From Rikenellaceae bacterium (GTDB lineage: Bacteria; Bacteroidota; Bacteroidia; Bacteroidales; Rikenellaceae): a DNA stretch of 64,000 nt. The stretch is from contig JAWXTD010000004.1 of NCBI GenBank assembly GCA_044433805.1, positions 418-64,417 on the forward strand. The letters run 5' to 3'. Made by a program: the position numbers and the translations under genes. The notes under the pieces are model-generated. The model was not told the DNA's origin. It worked only from the letters and a program-made list of their open reading frames with translations, and searched no databases. Below, piece after piece: positions 50,518 through 60,307 of this stretch (positions are counted from its first letter, which is position 1; the number at the start of each line of letters is the position of its first letter).

Positions 50518-53328
50518 TTATTTGTTTTTTATCTCTGCAATCGAGCACTCGCCCGAAAGGATGACTAAGCGAACATCACTTGCTTGATCGGCTTTAAAAT
50601 CGTATGATCTAAGAGTGATACCTTTGCCGGCAAATGTACCTTTGTAGCATGTGATAAATTGGCCTCCACCGCTCGAGAGTTGAATCTCGAAGCTAACCTC
50701 ATCGCCACTCTTATTGCTCCACATTACCTCTAAGGCTTTTGTCTGTTGATCCTTTGGAATCGACAAGGTGAGCGACGAACCACCCGCTCCGCTCCACGCT
50801 GTAGCAGTGTCGCCATCGGCAGCATACTTTGCACTCTCGCTCATTCTGTTATCCGAAATTCTGCTGTCGCTCGCCTGAGCTGGATTCTGCTGCATTGGGT
50901 CAATTACTCTATATTCACCCTTGAGAACAATATCCTCGCTGCTCTTTCCAACCATAACATTGAATACGCCTGGCTCGACAACCCACTCATAGCGACTATC
51001 TAGAAGCGCCATATCTTGCCAGCCTAGAGTGAATGTTACTCGCTTGGTCTCACCCGCCTTTAGGTGGATACGATCAAAGCCTCGTAGGTTCTTCTCGTAT
51101 GTCGTTGTAGAACTTACAGCATCGTTCAAGTAGAGTTGAACAACCTCGTCGCCATCGCGCTCACCAATGTTAGTCACATCGAACGATACATCTACTGTTT
51201 GGTGCTCGGTGATTGTAGATTTTGAGATCTCAAGATTATTATACTCAAACTCTGTGTAGCTCAATCCATAACCAAATGAGTATAGGGCAGAGTTTACACG
51301 CGATTGGTTTCCATCAAGGCCTGCTTTACGACCACCTGCCACCTGTGCATTTGGTTTTGTAGGGAAGTTAAATGGAATTTGACCTACTGTTTTTGGGAAG
51401 GTCACTGTCAACTTTCCTCCGGGGTTATAATCACCAAACAAAGTCTGTGCAACTGCCTTTCCTCCTTGTGAGCCGGGGTACCACGCCTCGAGGATCGCTG
51501 GAATATTCTCGTCGATCCAATTGATTGCCAATGGTCTGCCGTTGATCAAAACAACTACGATTGGCTTGCCGGTCTTCTCCAAGGCCTTAATCAAATCTAG
51601 TTGACGACCAGGAAGAGTGATATCCGATCGTGATTTATTCTCACCACATGTTCTTGTGCCACCGCCCAATACTACAACGCCAATATCTGATTTTGACAAC
51701 TCCTCGACAGCCTCATCGATCATGCTGATCTCGCTAGCGGTAAGTGGAAAGTCGACAATCTCGCTCTTTGGCCAATTCTCGTCGACCAAATCGCAACCCT
51801 TCTTATAGCTCACCTGAGCATTCGCGCCAACATACTCCTCGATTCCCTCGAGCACTGTCGATACCTCAACGGCAAGAGGACCGTAGTGGGTTAATGCGTA
51901 TGACTCCTCGTCGGCATTTGGTCCTATCACAGCGATTTTCTTATACGACGAAAGGTCCAAAGGAAGTAGGTTGTCATTCTTCAAAAGCACTAAACTCTCG
52001 AGCGATGCTTGAAGAGCAACTGCTTGGTTCTCGGCGCTATTCACCTCGAGGTCGGCTTGTGCCAAATCTTCTTGATATGGAGCATCGAATAGACCAACCA
52101 TAAATTTCACACGCAACACATCGCGCACACGCTCATCGATAACGCTCATTGGAATACGTCCCTGCTCGACGAGTGATCTCAAAGGAAGAACATATGAGTC
52201 GGGTGAACGGAAGGTACAACGCACGTTCAAACCTGCCATAACGCTCTGATAAACCGATTCGGTCATATTCTCGGCTGTGTTATGCTTCATATGTAGATAC
52301 TCAACTGCATCGCTATCCGAAACGACATAACCGATGAAACCCATCTGACCACGCAGACGATCGTTCAACCAATAGCTGCTACTTTGGATTGGCTCTCCGT
52401 CGTAATCGTTGTACGAGCTCATTGCGCCCAAGATCCCCGCCTCCTGAATCACGCGAGTCCAAGGGAGTGCATGCACATACTCCAACTCGCGACGAGACAT
52501 TTGAGGGTCAACGCGCGATAGGCCTTCGCGGGCACCTTTATTGTTGCTATATGCGATATAGTGTTTCGCAGTGGCTGCAACTTGGTAATCTTTCTGCAGA
52601 CCCTTAACCATTGGGATCGATAGCTCAGCCACAAGGTATGGCGACTCGCCGTAAACCTCCTCGTAGCGGCCCCAACGTTGATCGCGACCAACATCTACGA
52701 TAGGAGCATAGACATTGGTATAGCCCAACAATCTCGCTTCGCGACCTGTGATGTAGCCCACTTGTTGAATCAAATCGCGGTTCCAAGTGTGTCCCAATCC
52801 CAATTGTGTTGGGAAGTTTGTCGCCTTGAAGCTCTCAATTCCACGGATTCCTTCGTTGGTAAAATCTACGGGAATTCCCAATCGAGTCTGCTCAACAAAG
52901 AAGCGTTGAACCTCGTTGATAGCCCACGCATGTTTCGAGGCTGGCCACACATACTCGTTATCTGATGGTGGCAGACCCCACTGTTGAAATCCATTTAGGT
53001 GCTCATCGATAGCCCCCATACCATCTTTCCACAATTGGCTCTTCCACTCTTCGGTTGGTAGATCGTCGGTCAAAACGCGACCATAGCCATAAAGGGTTAC
53101 CATTTGGCAACTCTTCTCGTCGAGGGTCATTTGCGAGATTAGGTCGGTGATACGATCTTCAATATTTTGCTCAGGATCTTCGTAGATATCCTTCTGCCCA
53201 TTTTTGTTAAAATCTATCCAGCCTTTGTGGTAGATCTTCATAGCATCTTTAGGCTTATATGTTTTGTAGTTGTCTGCTATGGCAACACTCGTTATGACCA
53301 AAGACAATAGAAGTAAAAATCTCTTCAT
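50518..53328 (-). CDS. Glycoside hydrolase family 3 (beta-glucosidase/xylosidase) with FN3-like and C-terminal discoidin-like module
   Basis: RLGIP, RDQRWGR.EE..GE, KHY, VVSD nucleophile motif, VLLKN, AWYPG, FGYGLSYT, DEVVQLY; tail ADGDTATAW. Confidence 0.92.
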   Translation of the reverse strand: MKRFLLLLSLVITSVAIADNYKTYKPKDAMKIYHKGWIDFNKNGQKDIYEDPEQNIEDRITDLISQMTLDEKSCQMVTLYGYGRVLTDDLPTEEWKSQLWKDGMGAIDEHLNGFQQWGLPPSDNEYVWPASKHAWAINEVQRFFVEQTRLGIPVDFTNEGIRGIESFKATNFPTQLGLGHTWNRDLIQQVGYITGREARLLGYTNVYAPIVDVGRDQRWGRYEEVYGESPYLVAELSIPMVKGLQKDYQVAATAKHYIAYSNNKGAREGLSRVDPQMSRRELEYVHALPWTRVIQEAGILGAMSSYNDYDGEPIQSSSYWLNDRLRGQMGFIGYVVSDSDAVEYLHMKHNTAENMTESVYQSVMAGLNVRCTFRSPDSYVLPLRSLVEQGRIPMSVIDERVRDVLRVKFMVGLFDAPYQEDLAQADLEVNSAENQAVALQASLESLVLLKNDNLLPLDLSSYKKIAVIGPNADEESYALTHYGPLAVEVSTVLEGIEEYVGANAQVSYKKGCDLVDENWPKSEIVDFPLTASEISMIDEAVEELSKSDIGVVVLGGGTRTCGENKSRSDITLPGRQLDLIKALEKTGKPIVVVLINGRPLAINWIDENIPAILEAWYPGSQGGKAVAQTLFGDYNPGGKLTVTFPKTVGQIPFNFPTKPNAQVAGGRKAGLDGNQSRVNSALYSFGYGLSYTEFEYNNLEISKSTITEHQTVDVSFDVTNIGERDGDEVVQLYLNDAVSSTTTYEKNLRGFDRIHLKAGETKRVTFTLGWQDMALLDSRYEWVVEPGVFNVMVGKSSEDIVLKGEYRVIDPMQQNPAQASDSRISDNRMSESAKYAADGDTATAWSGAGGSSLTLSIPKDQQTKALEVMWSNKSGDEVSFEIQLSSGGGQFITCYKGTFAGKGITLRSYDFKADQASDVRLVILSGECSIAEIKNK

Positions 53329-53355
53329 GTAGGTTAATTTATTTGGGTAGTTTTT

Positions 53356-54258
53356 TTATTTGATTACATCTGCTGGACGTGCAATCCATGCTTGAGGCTG
53401 CTTGAGCTTCATATATTTTGCGATTGTTGCTGTAACGTCATATATCATGATGCTCTCTTTGAGTTCGCCTTGAGCCTTAACCTTAGCTCCATAATATATT
53501 ACTGGTACTTGCATCTCGGTCATTGTTTTACCACCGTGACCCTTTTCGATGCCACCATGATCACTTACTATAACGATCATCAAATCTTTAGACTCTTTTT
53601 GACTCATCACACCATCGACAACAATCTTAAGTTTGCTATCTACGTTATTCAACATTGCGAAGTATTCGGGAGTCTCCCAGCCAATTTTGTGGCCTGTTGC
53701 ATCGGGATTATCGAAGATCAAGGCGCAAAGGTCGGGCTGCTCGGCATTGTAATACTCTATGAACTCCTCGAGGTCTTTATTCGACTTTGGATCGGCGATA
53801 GATACTCTTTGGTGGCGATCGATTGCCACCGTATCTACCAAATATTTAATACCGCTCCACTCATAAAAACAGGCCGATTTAGAATCTTTGCGTTGCTCCT
53901 TTAAGATCGAGAAGATCGTTGGATAGATGCCATTTTCGTTCACTACACGCGATGGAAGTTCGGGTGTCTTACTACCCCACTCGGTATATCCGTGAAGCTC
54001 GGGGCCTGAGCCCATAAAGATCGATGCCCAGTTAACTGCACTCGACGAAGGCAAAACCGATCTTACATCTAGCGACCACGAGCCATTCTCCATCATCATA
54101 TTAAATTGTGGCATATTGGCCTTTTCGCTTCTCATAGCCGAAGAGCTCATGCCGTCGAATCCAATAATTAAAACTCTATTGCCTTTGGCCAATAGAGTTG
54201 TGCCCGACATAAGTAGCGCTAAGAAAAAGATAGCGACTAAAGTTAAACGTGTTTTCAT
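53356..54258 (-). CDS. Alkaline-phosphatase-superfamily phosphodiesterase / nucleotide pyrophosphatase (exported)
   Basis: IGFDG, PSSSAVNWAS, DNPDATGH, VSDHGG...HG; no CxPxR/SxPxR sulfatase motif. Confidence 0.82.
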   Translation of the reverse strand: MKTRLTLVAIFFLALLMSGTTLLAKGNRVLIIGFDGMSSSAMRSEKANMPQFNMMMENGSWSLDVRSVLPSSSAVNWASIFMGSGPELHGYTEWGSKTPELPSRVVNENGIYPTIFSILKEQRKDSKSACFYEWSGIKYLVDTVAIDRHQRVSIADPKSNKDLEEFIEYYNAEQPDLCALIFDNPDATGHKIGWETPEYFAMLNNVDSKLKIVVDGVMSQKESKDLMIVIVSDHGGIEKGHGGKTMTEMQVPVIYYGAKVKAQGELKESIMIYDVTATIAKYMKLKQPQAWIARPADVIK

Positions 54259-54263
54259 TTCAG

Positions 54264-55664
54264 TTAAAAGTTAAAGTAGTTTTTTGCGTTGTTATAACAT
54301 ATATCCTTCACCATTTGGTGGATAAATTCAATTTCACATTGTGGTAATTTGCCATTCTCAAGCTCCTCGCCCAACATCTGACATAGAATTCTGCGGAAAT
54401 ATTCGTGGCGTGGATAGGATAAAAAGCTACGCGAATCGGTCAACATTCCTACAAATCGACTCAACAAGCCCAATGAGGATAGCGCATTGATTTGCCTGCG
54501 CATTCCATCCTCTTGATCGAGGAACCACCAAGCAGCACCATATTGCACTTTGCCGGGGGTTGGCGCCTCGTTAAAGGTATAGGCCATCGTTGCAAACACC
54601 TCGTTGTCTTTGGGGTTGAGGTTATAGAGAACGGTCTTAGCCAAACGATTATCTACGGCCAAACGATCCAACATTATGTGTCCACTCTCGGCTGTCTGCA
54701 TATCGTTAATCGCATCGAAACCTGTATCTGCGCCAAGTGAGTTAAACATTCGGGTGTTGTTATTGCGAACAGCTCCGATGTGAATCTGTTGGGCCCAACC
54801 CTTAGCATGGTTCATTCGACATAGCTCGACGATCAATGCACTCTGAAATATGAGCTGCTCATCATCAGAAATAGAGCCACCACTACGCACCTGGCTAAAA
54901 ATTTTCGATGCCTGAGCCTCGGTATAAGGAGCAGCCAAGAAGCTCGATAGGCCATGATCGGCAAGCTTGCATCCCACCTGTGCGAAGTAGTCGTGGCGAC
55001 TTTGCAGGGCTGATAGCAGATCCTCATAGCTGTTGATGGTGATCGATGCTGCAGCGGCCAAAGAGTCGATATAATCGTTATATCCAACTGTGGCAATAGC
55101 CAACGCCTTGTCGGGTCTCCATGTTGGAAGCACCTTAACGCCAAAGGGATTAGCTTGGATCTGCTTGTGACACTCCAGCGAATCGATTGGGTCGTCGGTT
55201 GTGCAGATGCTCTCGACATTACAGTTTCGCATGATAGATTGAGCTCTAAACTGCTCGGTTTGCAACTTTTCGCTACACTCATCATATATCTTGCGAGCCG
55301 ACGAAGGGTTCAATACCTCGTCTACTCCAAATATGCGGCTAAGCTCTAGGTGAGTCCAATGGTAGAGTGGATTGCGCATTGCTCGTTGCAACGTATCGGC
55401 CCACTTCTCGAACTTCTCATAATCACTCTTTGCGCCTGTAATATACTCCTCGCCAACACCATTTCCGCGCATCGCACGCCACTTATAGTGGTCGCCACCC
55501 AACCAAATTTCTGATAGGTTGCGGAATTGATAGTTCGATAGTATCTGGTTTGGGTCAAGGTGGCAATGATAATCGATAATGGGTAGTGAGGCTGCACTCT
55601 TGTGGTACAACTCTTTTGCTGCATCGCAGTGCAACATAAAGTCATCGTTAATGAATCGCGTCAT
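54264..55664 (-). CDS. uxaC: Uronate isomerase
   Basis: PIIDYHCHL, WLGGDHYKWRAMR, NPLYHWTHLEL, GAAWWF.D, GMLTDSRSFLSYPRHEYFRR. Confidence 0.97.
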   Translation of the reverse strand: MTRFINDDFMLHCDAAKELYHKSAASLPIIDYHCHLDPNQILSNYQFRNLSEIWLGGDHYKWRAMRGNGVGEEYITGAKSDYEKFEKWADTLQRAMRNPLYHWTHLELSRIFGVDEVLNPSSARKIYDECSEKLQTEQFRAQSIMRNCNVESICTTDDPIDSLECHKQIQANPFGVKVLPTWRPDKALAIATVGYNDYIDSLAAAASITINSYEDLLSALQSRHDYFAQVGCKLADHGLSSFLAAPYTEAQASKIFSQVRSGGSISDDEQLIFQSALIVELCRMNHAKGWAQQIHIGAVRNNNTRMFNSLGADTGFDAINDMQTAESGHIMLDRLAVDNRLAKTVLYNLNPKDNEVFATMAYTFNEAPTPGKVQYGAAWWFLDQEDGMRRQINALSSLGLLSRFVGMLTDSRSFLSYPRHEYFRRILCQMLGEELENGKLPQCEIEFIHQMVKDICYNNAKNYFNF

Positions 55665-55678
55665 AGCCTTAAATTTTA

Positions 55679-56491
55679 TTAGATTGAGAAGGCGTCGAAA
55701 CCTCCGTCGATAACAGTTACTGTGCCCGAAACAAATTTCGAAGCCTCGCTCGATAGCCAGTGTAGTGTTCCAAGTAGCTCCTCGGGCTCACCAAATCGGC
55801 CATATGGAGTATGAGCGATGATTGTCTCTGCTCTAGCGGTGTACGAACCATCGCTATTTGTCAAAAGTTCTCTGTTTTGCTCGGTTAGGAAGAAGCCGGG
55901 AGCAATAGCATTTACACGAAGCCCAGAACCAAATTTCAAAGCCAACTCACCACACATATACTTAGTGAAGTTAACAACGGCAGCCTTAGCAACGCCATAA
56001 CCCGCTACACGAGTCAAGGGACGCAAAGCCGACTCAGAAGAGATATTAATAATTGAGCCTTGACCCTGCTCAACCATCGCTTTGGCAAAGACCATAGTTG
56101 GGATAACAGTACCGAAGAGGTTAAGGTCGACAACTTTACGAACAGCCTCAATATCAAGGTTAAAGATATTGCTATCGGGACCAATTGTTGCTCCGGCCAT
56201 ATTTCCGCCTGCGCCATTGATCAACACGTCGACACGACCATATTTTGCCATAATCTCGTCGTAGTTGCTTTGAACTGTAGGCTCGTCCAACACGTCGGTA
56301 TATAGGAACATTGCCTGACCTCCGTCAGCTACAACATCGGCTACCAAAGCCTCACCAAGCTCTTTATTGCGATCCAAAACTACGACCTTAGCACCCTGCG
56401 ATGCGAAATATTTTACCATCGAAGTTCCCAAGATTCCGGCAGCACCGGTGATAACGAAAACTAGATCTTTTACTACAAACAGATTTTTCAT
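55679..56491 (-). CDS. uxuB: SDR D-mannonate oxidoreductase (fructuronate reductase)
   Basis: TGAAGILG, LINGAGGN, RPLTRVAGYGVAKAAV, RVNAIAPGFF.TEQNR.LL; adjacent to uxaC. Confidence 0.82.
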   Translation of the reverse strand: MKNLFVVKDLVFVITGAAGILGTSMVKYFASQGAKVVVLDRNKELGEALVADVVADGGQAMFLYTDVLDEPTVQSNYDEIMAKYGRVDVLINGAGGNMAGATIGPDSNIFNLDIEAVRKVVDLNLFGTVIPTMVFAKAMVEQGQGSIINISSESALRPLTRVAGYGVAKAAVVNFTKYMCGELALKFGSGLRVNAIAPGFFLTEQNRELLTNSDGSYTARAETIIAHTPYGRFGEPEELLGTLHWLSSEASKFVSGTVTVIDGGFDAFSI

Positions 56492-56508
56492 ACTTATTAA
56501 TTTTAGGT

Positions 56509-58446
56509 TTACAAATTATTTTTTAGGTCGGTCACCCATTGAGGAAGATAGCCCAGTCGCAACTCTAGTTGAGCTTCGTATAACGACTCAGGATATACTT
56601 TTGTGCCGTTGCTCTCGTTGATAACCACTTGCGAATCGCGAAATTTCATCGACTCACCATGTTGCCCCACAATGATCGGAGGCATCACTTGCCACCATGT
56701 GCTGCGGGTCTGCCACCAGTAGAAGTCACTTTGATTATTGGCTCGAGTAACATTCAAATTCCAGATGGTTAAATCGCCCATATGGTTTGGCAGCTGTGTT
56801 TCGGATCCTCCCATGCGCGAGATAAATAATCCACCGGTGCAATCATCCACTAGCGTTGCTCTAGGTTGCGAAGCGTGTGCCTCGAACGAACCATCGAGAC
56901 CCCACTCATTGCGCCATAGCACAGTTCCCATACTTGGCTTTGAGGCTCCAAAGGAGTGGTATTGACCCGTTTGCTCGCAATATGCGCCACCATCGGTAAG
57001 TGTTCCATCGCTCAGATCGGTCGATGCACCCATAAATACGCGAGATGATCTCTGTGCGCGAATTGCCGAGTGGCCACGATTTCCAATAAACTTCACATTG
57101 TGTACCGATATATTTGCACACTCGATAAGCGATGGTCCCTCGCTAACACTCGAGAATGTCAGATTGCGCATCCATGAGTTTGTCAAGCATGTGAAGTTGA
57201 TGAGTTTATAGGCTCCGTTATCCTCCCACGTTGCATTGTGGCTAAAGTTCTCTTTACTGAATCCTTCGAATGTCAGATCTTCGACTCCTACATTTTCGTA
57301 GTTGGGGAACGATTTGATTACCCACTCCCATTTTGCATCAACAGCACGCATAATTGGCTCCTTGAATGTTAGCACATTACCATCAACACTTGTAACGTAG
57401 TGATAATCTTGAACCTCGACACCTGTGTCGCCACCGATATGAGTATTGTTCGAACTAATATCGCTTAGGGTATATGGACTCAACTCCTCGTTAACAAACT
57501 CTGGATTGTTATTTGCCACATATAGCATAACCCAATCGCCTGCGCTGATGCCCGATGCCGACTCAACTTTCAATGAGAAGGTACCTTTTTTGGCACTTCC
57601 TGTAACACGCGTAAGCTCTTGGTACTCTTTATCGTGCGAAATCGAGATCATCACCGGAGAGCTATCTACACTACTCTCGTCGCTAGGCAAGTTTGGCGTC
57701 TGCATAACGATAAACGATTTATCTTGTCCGGCACCTTTAATAATAAGGTTACTCATATTCAAACCCAATGCGCGGCTTTGAGTATTGCTGTATAGGTTGT
57801 CTGTCTCGTCGTGAATTATGAAACGTCCTTCGGGAATGTAAAGGATACCCTTTCCTGCTGTTTTGATTGCTTGATAAGCAGCTGTGAATGCGTCGCGATC
57901 CGAAATTTCGTCGGTGCCGTCGCCACCATAATCTTCGATATTGAAGATCTCGTAACCCAAAGAGTATACATCGGGCAAAGAGGCCTCGCCATGCATATAG
58001 CCAGCATACGAGAAGTCGACCAAGATATTATCTTCGTTGCCACGAACGAAGTTCACCCACGTTGGCGAAACACCCACTGCAAACTCAATATCGAGTGCCA
58101 CTTCAATCTGGTAGCTCTTAGTGCTACTATTCTCGAACTTAACGGTTAGTGTTATCACCTCTTCGCTATTCTCATCTGCCTGCGAAGGTGCTGTAATTAA
58201 GATCGATGATTCACTAATCTCGACGCTCCAATTATCGGGCGCAGCGTATGTAACCTCTTCAACTCCGACACTAGTTATATCGAACGAGAAAGATTCGCCT
58301 AGATAAAATGTTTGCTGATCGGTGCAATCAACCTCAAAGGTATAGCCATCAGAATCACCAGGATCTAGAGTTCCCTCGACATCCTCTTGGCAGCTAAATA
58401 GCAATGAGCTAAGCATCAAAAATGTATATATAAACTTCTTCTTCAT
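56509..58446 (-). CDS. Surface lipoprotein with beta-helix (Pectate_lyase_3-like/DUF4955-like) domain, putative polysaccharide depolymerase
   Basis: Lipobox LFSC-QED, LVDFSYAGYMHGE, FNIEDYGGDG.D..SD..AF, LYIPEGRF, IIKGAG, C-terminal PESLYEAQL..RLG. ATG at 58446. Confidence 0.7.
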   Translation of the reverse strand: MKKKFIYTFLMLSSLLFSCQEDVEGTLDPGDSDGYTFEVDCTDQQTFYLGESFSFDITSVGVEEVTYAAPDNWSVEISESSILITAPSQADENSEEVITLTVKFENSSTKSYQIEVALDIEFAVGVSPTWVNFVRGNEDNILVDFSYAGYMHGEASLPDVYSLGYEIFNIEDYGGDGTDEISDRDAFTAAYQAIKTAGKGILYIPEGRFIIHDETDNLYSNTQSRALGLNMSNLIIKGAGQDKSFIVMQTPNLPSDESSVDSSPVMISISHDKEYQELTRVTGSAKKGTFSLKVESASGISAGDWVMLYVANNNPEFVNEELSPYTLSDISSNNTHIGGDTGVEVQDYHYVTSVDGNVLTFKEPIMRAVDAKWEWVIKSFPNYENVGVEDLTFEGFSKENFSHNATWEDNGAYKLINFTCLTNSWMRNLTFSSVSEGPSLIECANISVHNVKFIGNRGHSAIRAQRSSRVFMGASTDLSDGTLTDGGAYCEQTGQYHSFGASKPSMGTVLWRNEWGLDGSFEAHASQPRATLVDDCTGGLFISRMGGSETQLPNHMGDLTIWNLNVTRANNQSDFYWWQTRSTWWQVMPPIIVGQHGESMKFRDSQVVINESNGTKVYPESLYEAQLELRLGYLPQWVTDLKNNL

Positions 58447-58466
58447 AATCTTTTTAATTTTTCTTT

Positions 58467-58500
58467 GAAGTTGTGAGTGCTGGTAAACACTCACAACTTC
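58467..58500 (-). terminator. Intergenic stem-loop 3' of LRR lipoprotein 1
   Basis: GAAGTTGTGAGTG/CACTCACAACTTC perfect 13-bp stem; no U-tract on the minus strand, so it may be a stabiliser rather than a terminator. Confidence 0.5.
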
Positions 58501-58524
58501 GCAAACATCAAACACTTAATCTAT

Positions 58525-60201
58525 CTAAATACCAACAATTTGGTCTACTACTAATGACAATTGTATCAGCTCTTTATAAGCATCTACATATGCCGTGGGT
58601 ACTCGAACCTCAATTGTGCCCGATACCGATTGGAACACATTATTTGACGATGCATTCCATGTTACATTTGCCGGATTCATCATCAAGGTGATTGATTGAA
58701 CCCCATTATATGATTTCATACTCGAGAATATGCCCGAACCCATAAATGTTACTCCTGCTGGGATAACAAGATTTGGAACGCATGTACTCTCGAAAGTCCA
58801 ACTTCCGATGTACTCAACACACGAGGGAAGTTCAACGTCCCACAAGCTTGTGCAGCTCTCGAATACACTATGATTCAGAGTCACAAGATTTACTGGGAGT
58901 GTTACTGATTCTAGAGAAGCGCAACGCTCGAAAACATAACCCTCGATTGTATCGAAAGCCATAGGGAACTTGAATGTTTTAAGCGTATACGATGCTGGGC
59001 ACTTAGATTGATCTTTATATGGATTTGCCGAGCCCGAAGTATCGTCGCTATATAGGTAAGCTGGGATCACCGCCGAGGTTGCATTTGATAGGTCAACATA
59101 TGACAATACGGGGAATTGGCGAGTGAACTCCATATCCTCTTGGGTGATATTGCCCGCTAGGGTTAGGTGTGAGACTTGCTCATAATTGATGCCATCGGCA
59201 ATTAATGTTTGCTCCAAGCTTGTGCCATTTAAGGTGTAGGATACTTGCTCATAACCTGCGACTTCGACTGCTGCGTAGTAAAACTCGCCAGCCTCGAGAT
59301 CGCCCGTTGTCAGAACCATTTGAGTCGTACCACCGACATCGCCATCTGTAGAGTCAACATCGACATTCCAGATAGTGCCATCCGCGATAGATTGTGGTAA
59401 CACCGCAACGTAGAAGTTTAGCGAACCCTCATCACCAATAGTTTCATTATTAACATAAACAGTAATTTCATCGATTGTATCCTCGCTGGCAACACTCTGT
59501 AGTGAGCCATCAACAGTCGAGATATTTAAAGAGGCAGATGCAGCAGAAATAGCATCGGCCGAAAGTGTGACATCTGTAATAACAGTGCCGGGAACAAGAC
59601 CCGAAAGAGAGACTTTAACAGAGGCCGTTACGCTCTGAAGAGCCAATTCGCACTCTCCACCAACAATATCGACAGCCTGGGTTGTAGCTCCAAATAGAGC
59701 ACTATTTTGGCGCAATAGGTATGTGTTTACAGTGCCATTATCGTTGTAATATACATGTTGCTCGGTTGGCAACTGGTATTGATAAGTCACCTTATTTGGG
59801 TCACTTTGGTGCTCTGTGAAGGCAATACCTTCGGCATAAGGATAAATAACATAGTAATACTCCGCCGCCTCGACTGCCGCAAGCCCCTCTTCGAGGACAA
59901 ACGCACCGTCGGCAGATGAATACTCAATTGGAGTTATATCGTTTGCACTATTGATAATACCGATCACATCGCTGCCATCGGCCCATGTTGCGTGCCAATC
60001 ACCACGCTCTGCTATTAAAACTAGGCTTCCCGCCTCTTCGAGTGAGTTGTCGTCATCATCATCATCATCGATGTCCAAGTCACCAATGATATCCGAAATC
60101 TCATCATCCGAACATGAGGTCGTCGAGACAGACGCAGCCACCAGAACAGCGCCACACATAATTAACGAAGGGAGTTTGCTAAATAAGTTTAATTTTTTCA
60201 T
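58525..60201 (-). CDS. Surface lipoprotein: fimbrillin-like N domain + BspA-type LRR (LRR_5) C domain, paralog 1
   Basis: TTSC-SDDE lipobox with acidic export signal, poly-Asp, W...D.IG.I / YPY / VLPQ / AG..Y fimbrillin-like motifs, C..LESV.LP..L..L...F..C LRRs. Confidence 0.72.
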   Translation of the reverse strand: MKKLNLFSKLPSLIMCGAVLVAASVSTTSCSDDEISDIIGDLDIDDDDDDDNSLEEAGSLVLIAERGDWHATWADGSDVIGIINSANDITPIEYSSADGAFVLEEGLAAVEAAEYYYVIYPYAEGIAFTEHQSDPNKVTYQYQLPTEQHVYYNDNGTVNTYLLRQNSALFGATTQAVDIVGGECELALQSVTASVKVSLSGLVPGTVITDVTLSADAISAASASLNISTVDGSLQSVASEDTIDEITVYVNNETIGDEGSLNFYVAVLPQSIADGTIWNVDVDSTDGDVGGTTQMVLTTGDLEAGEFYYAAVEVAGYEQVSYTLNGTSLEQTLIADGINYEQVSHLTLAGNITQEDMEFTRQFPVLSYVDLSNATSAVIPAYLYSDDTSGSANPYKDQSKCPASYTLKTFKFPMAFDTIEGYVFERCASLESVTLPVNLVTLNHSVFESCTSLWDVELPSCVEYIGSWTFESTCVPNLVIPAGVTFMGSGIFSSMKSYNGVQSITLMMNPANVTWNASSNNVFQSVSGTIEVRVPTAYVDAYKELIQLSLVVDQIVGI

Positions 60202-60246
60202 TTACCTATTATTTTTGAGTTTTAATAGCATTTTGTGGTTTAAAAT

Positions 60247-60289
60247 GTTTCGAGGTTGGGAGCCCAAAAGGCACTCCCAACTTCGAAAC
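60247..60289 (-). terminator. Intergenic stem-loop 3' of LRR lipoprotein 2
   Basis: GTTTCGAGGTTGGGAG/CTCCCAACTTCGAAAC 16-bp stem with 1 mismatch, followed by ATTTT on the minus strand. Confidence 0.55.
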
Positions 60290-60307
60290 GACAAACACTT
60301 AATTTAT

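Noticed and set aside
53356-54258. Possible sulfatase in the PUL
   Set aside because: Lacks the C/SxPxR formylglycine motif; motifs fit a phosphodiesterase/NPP.
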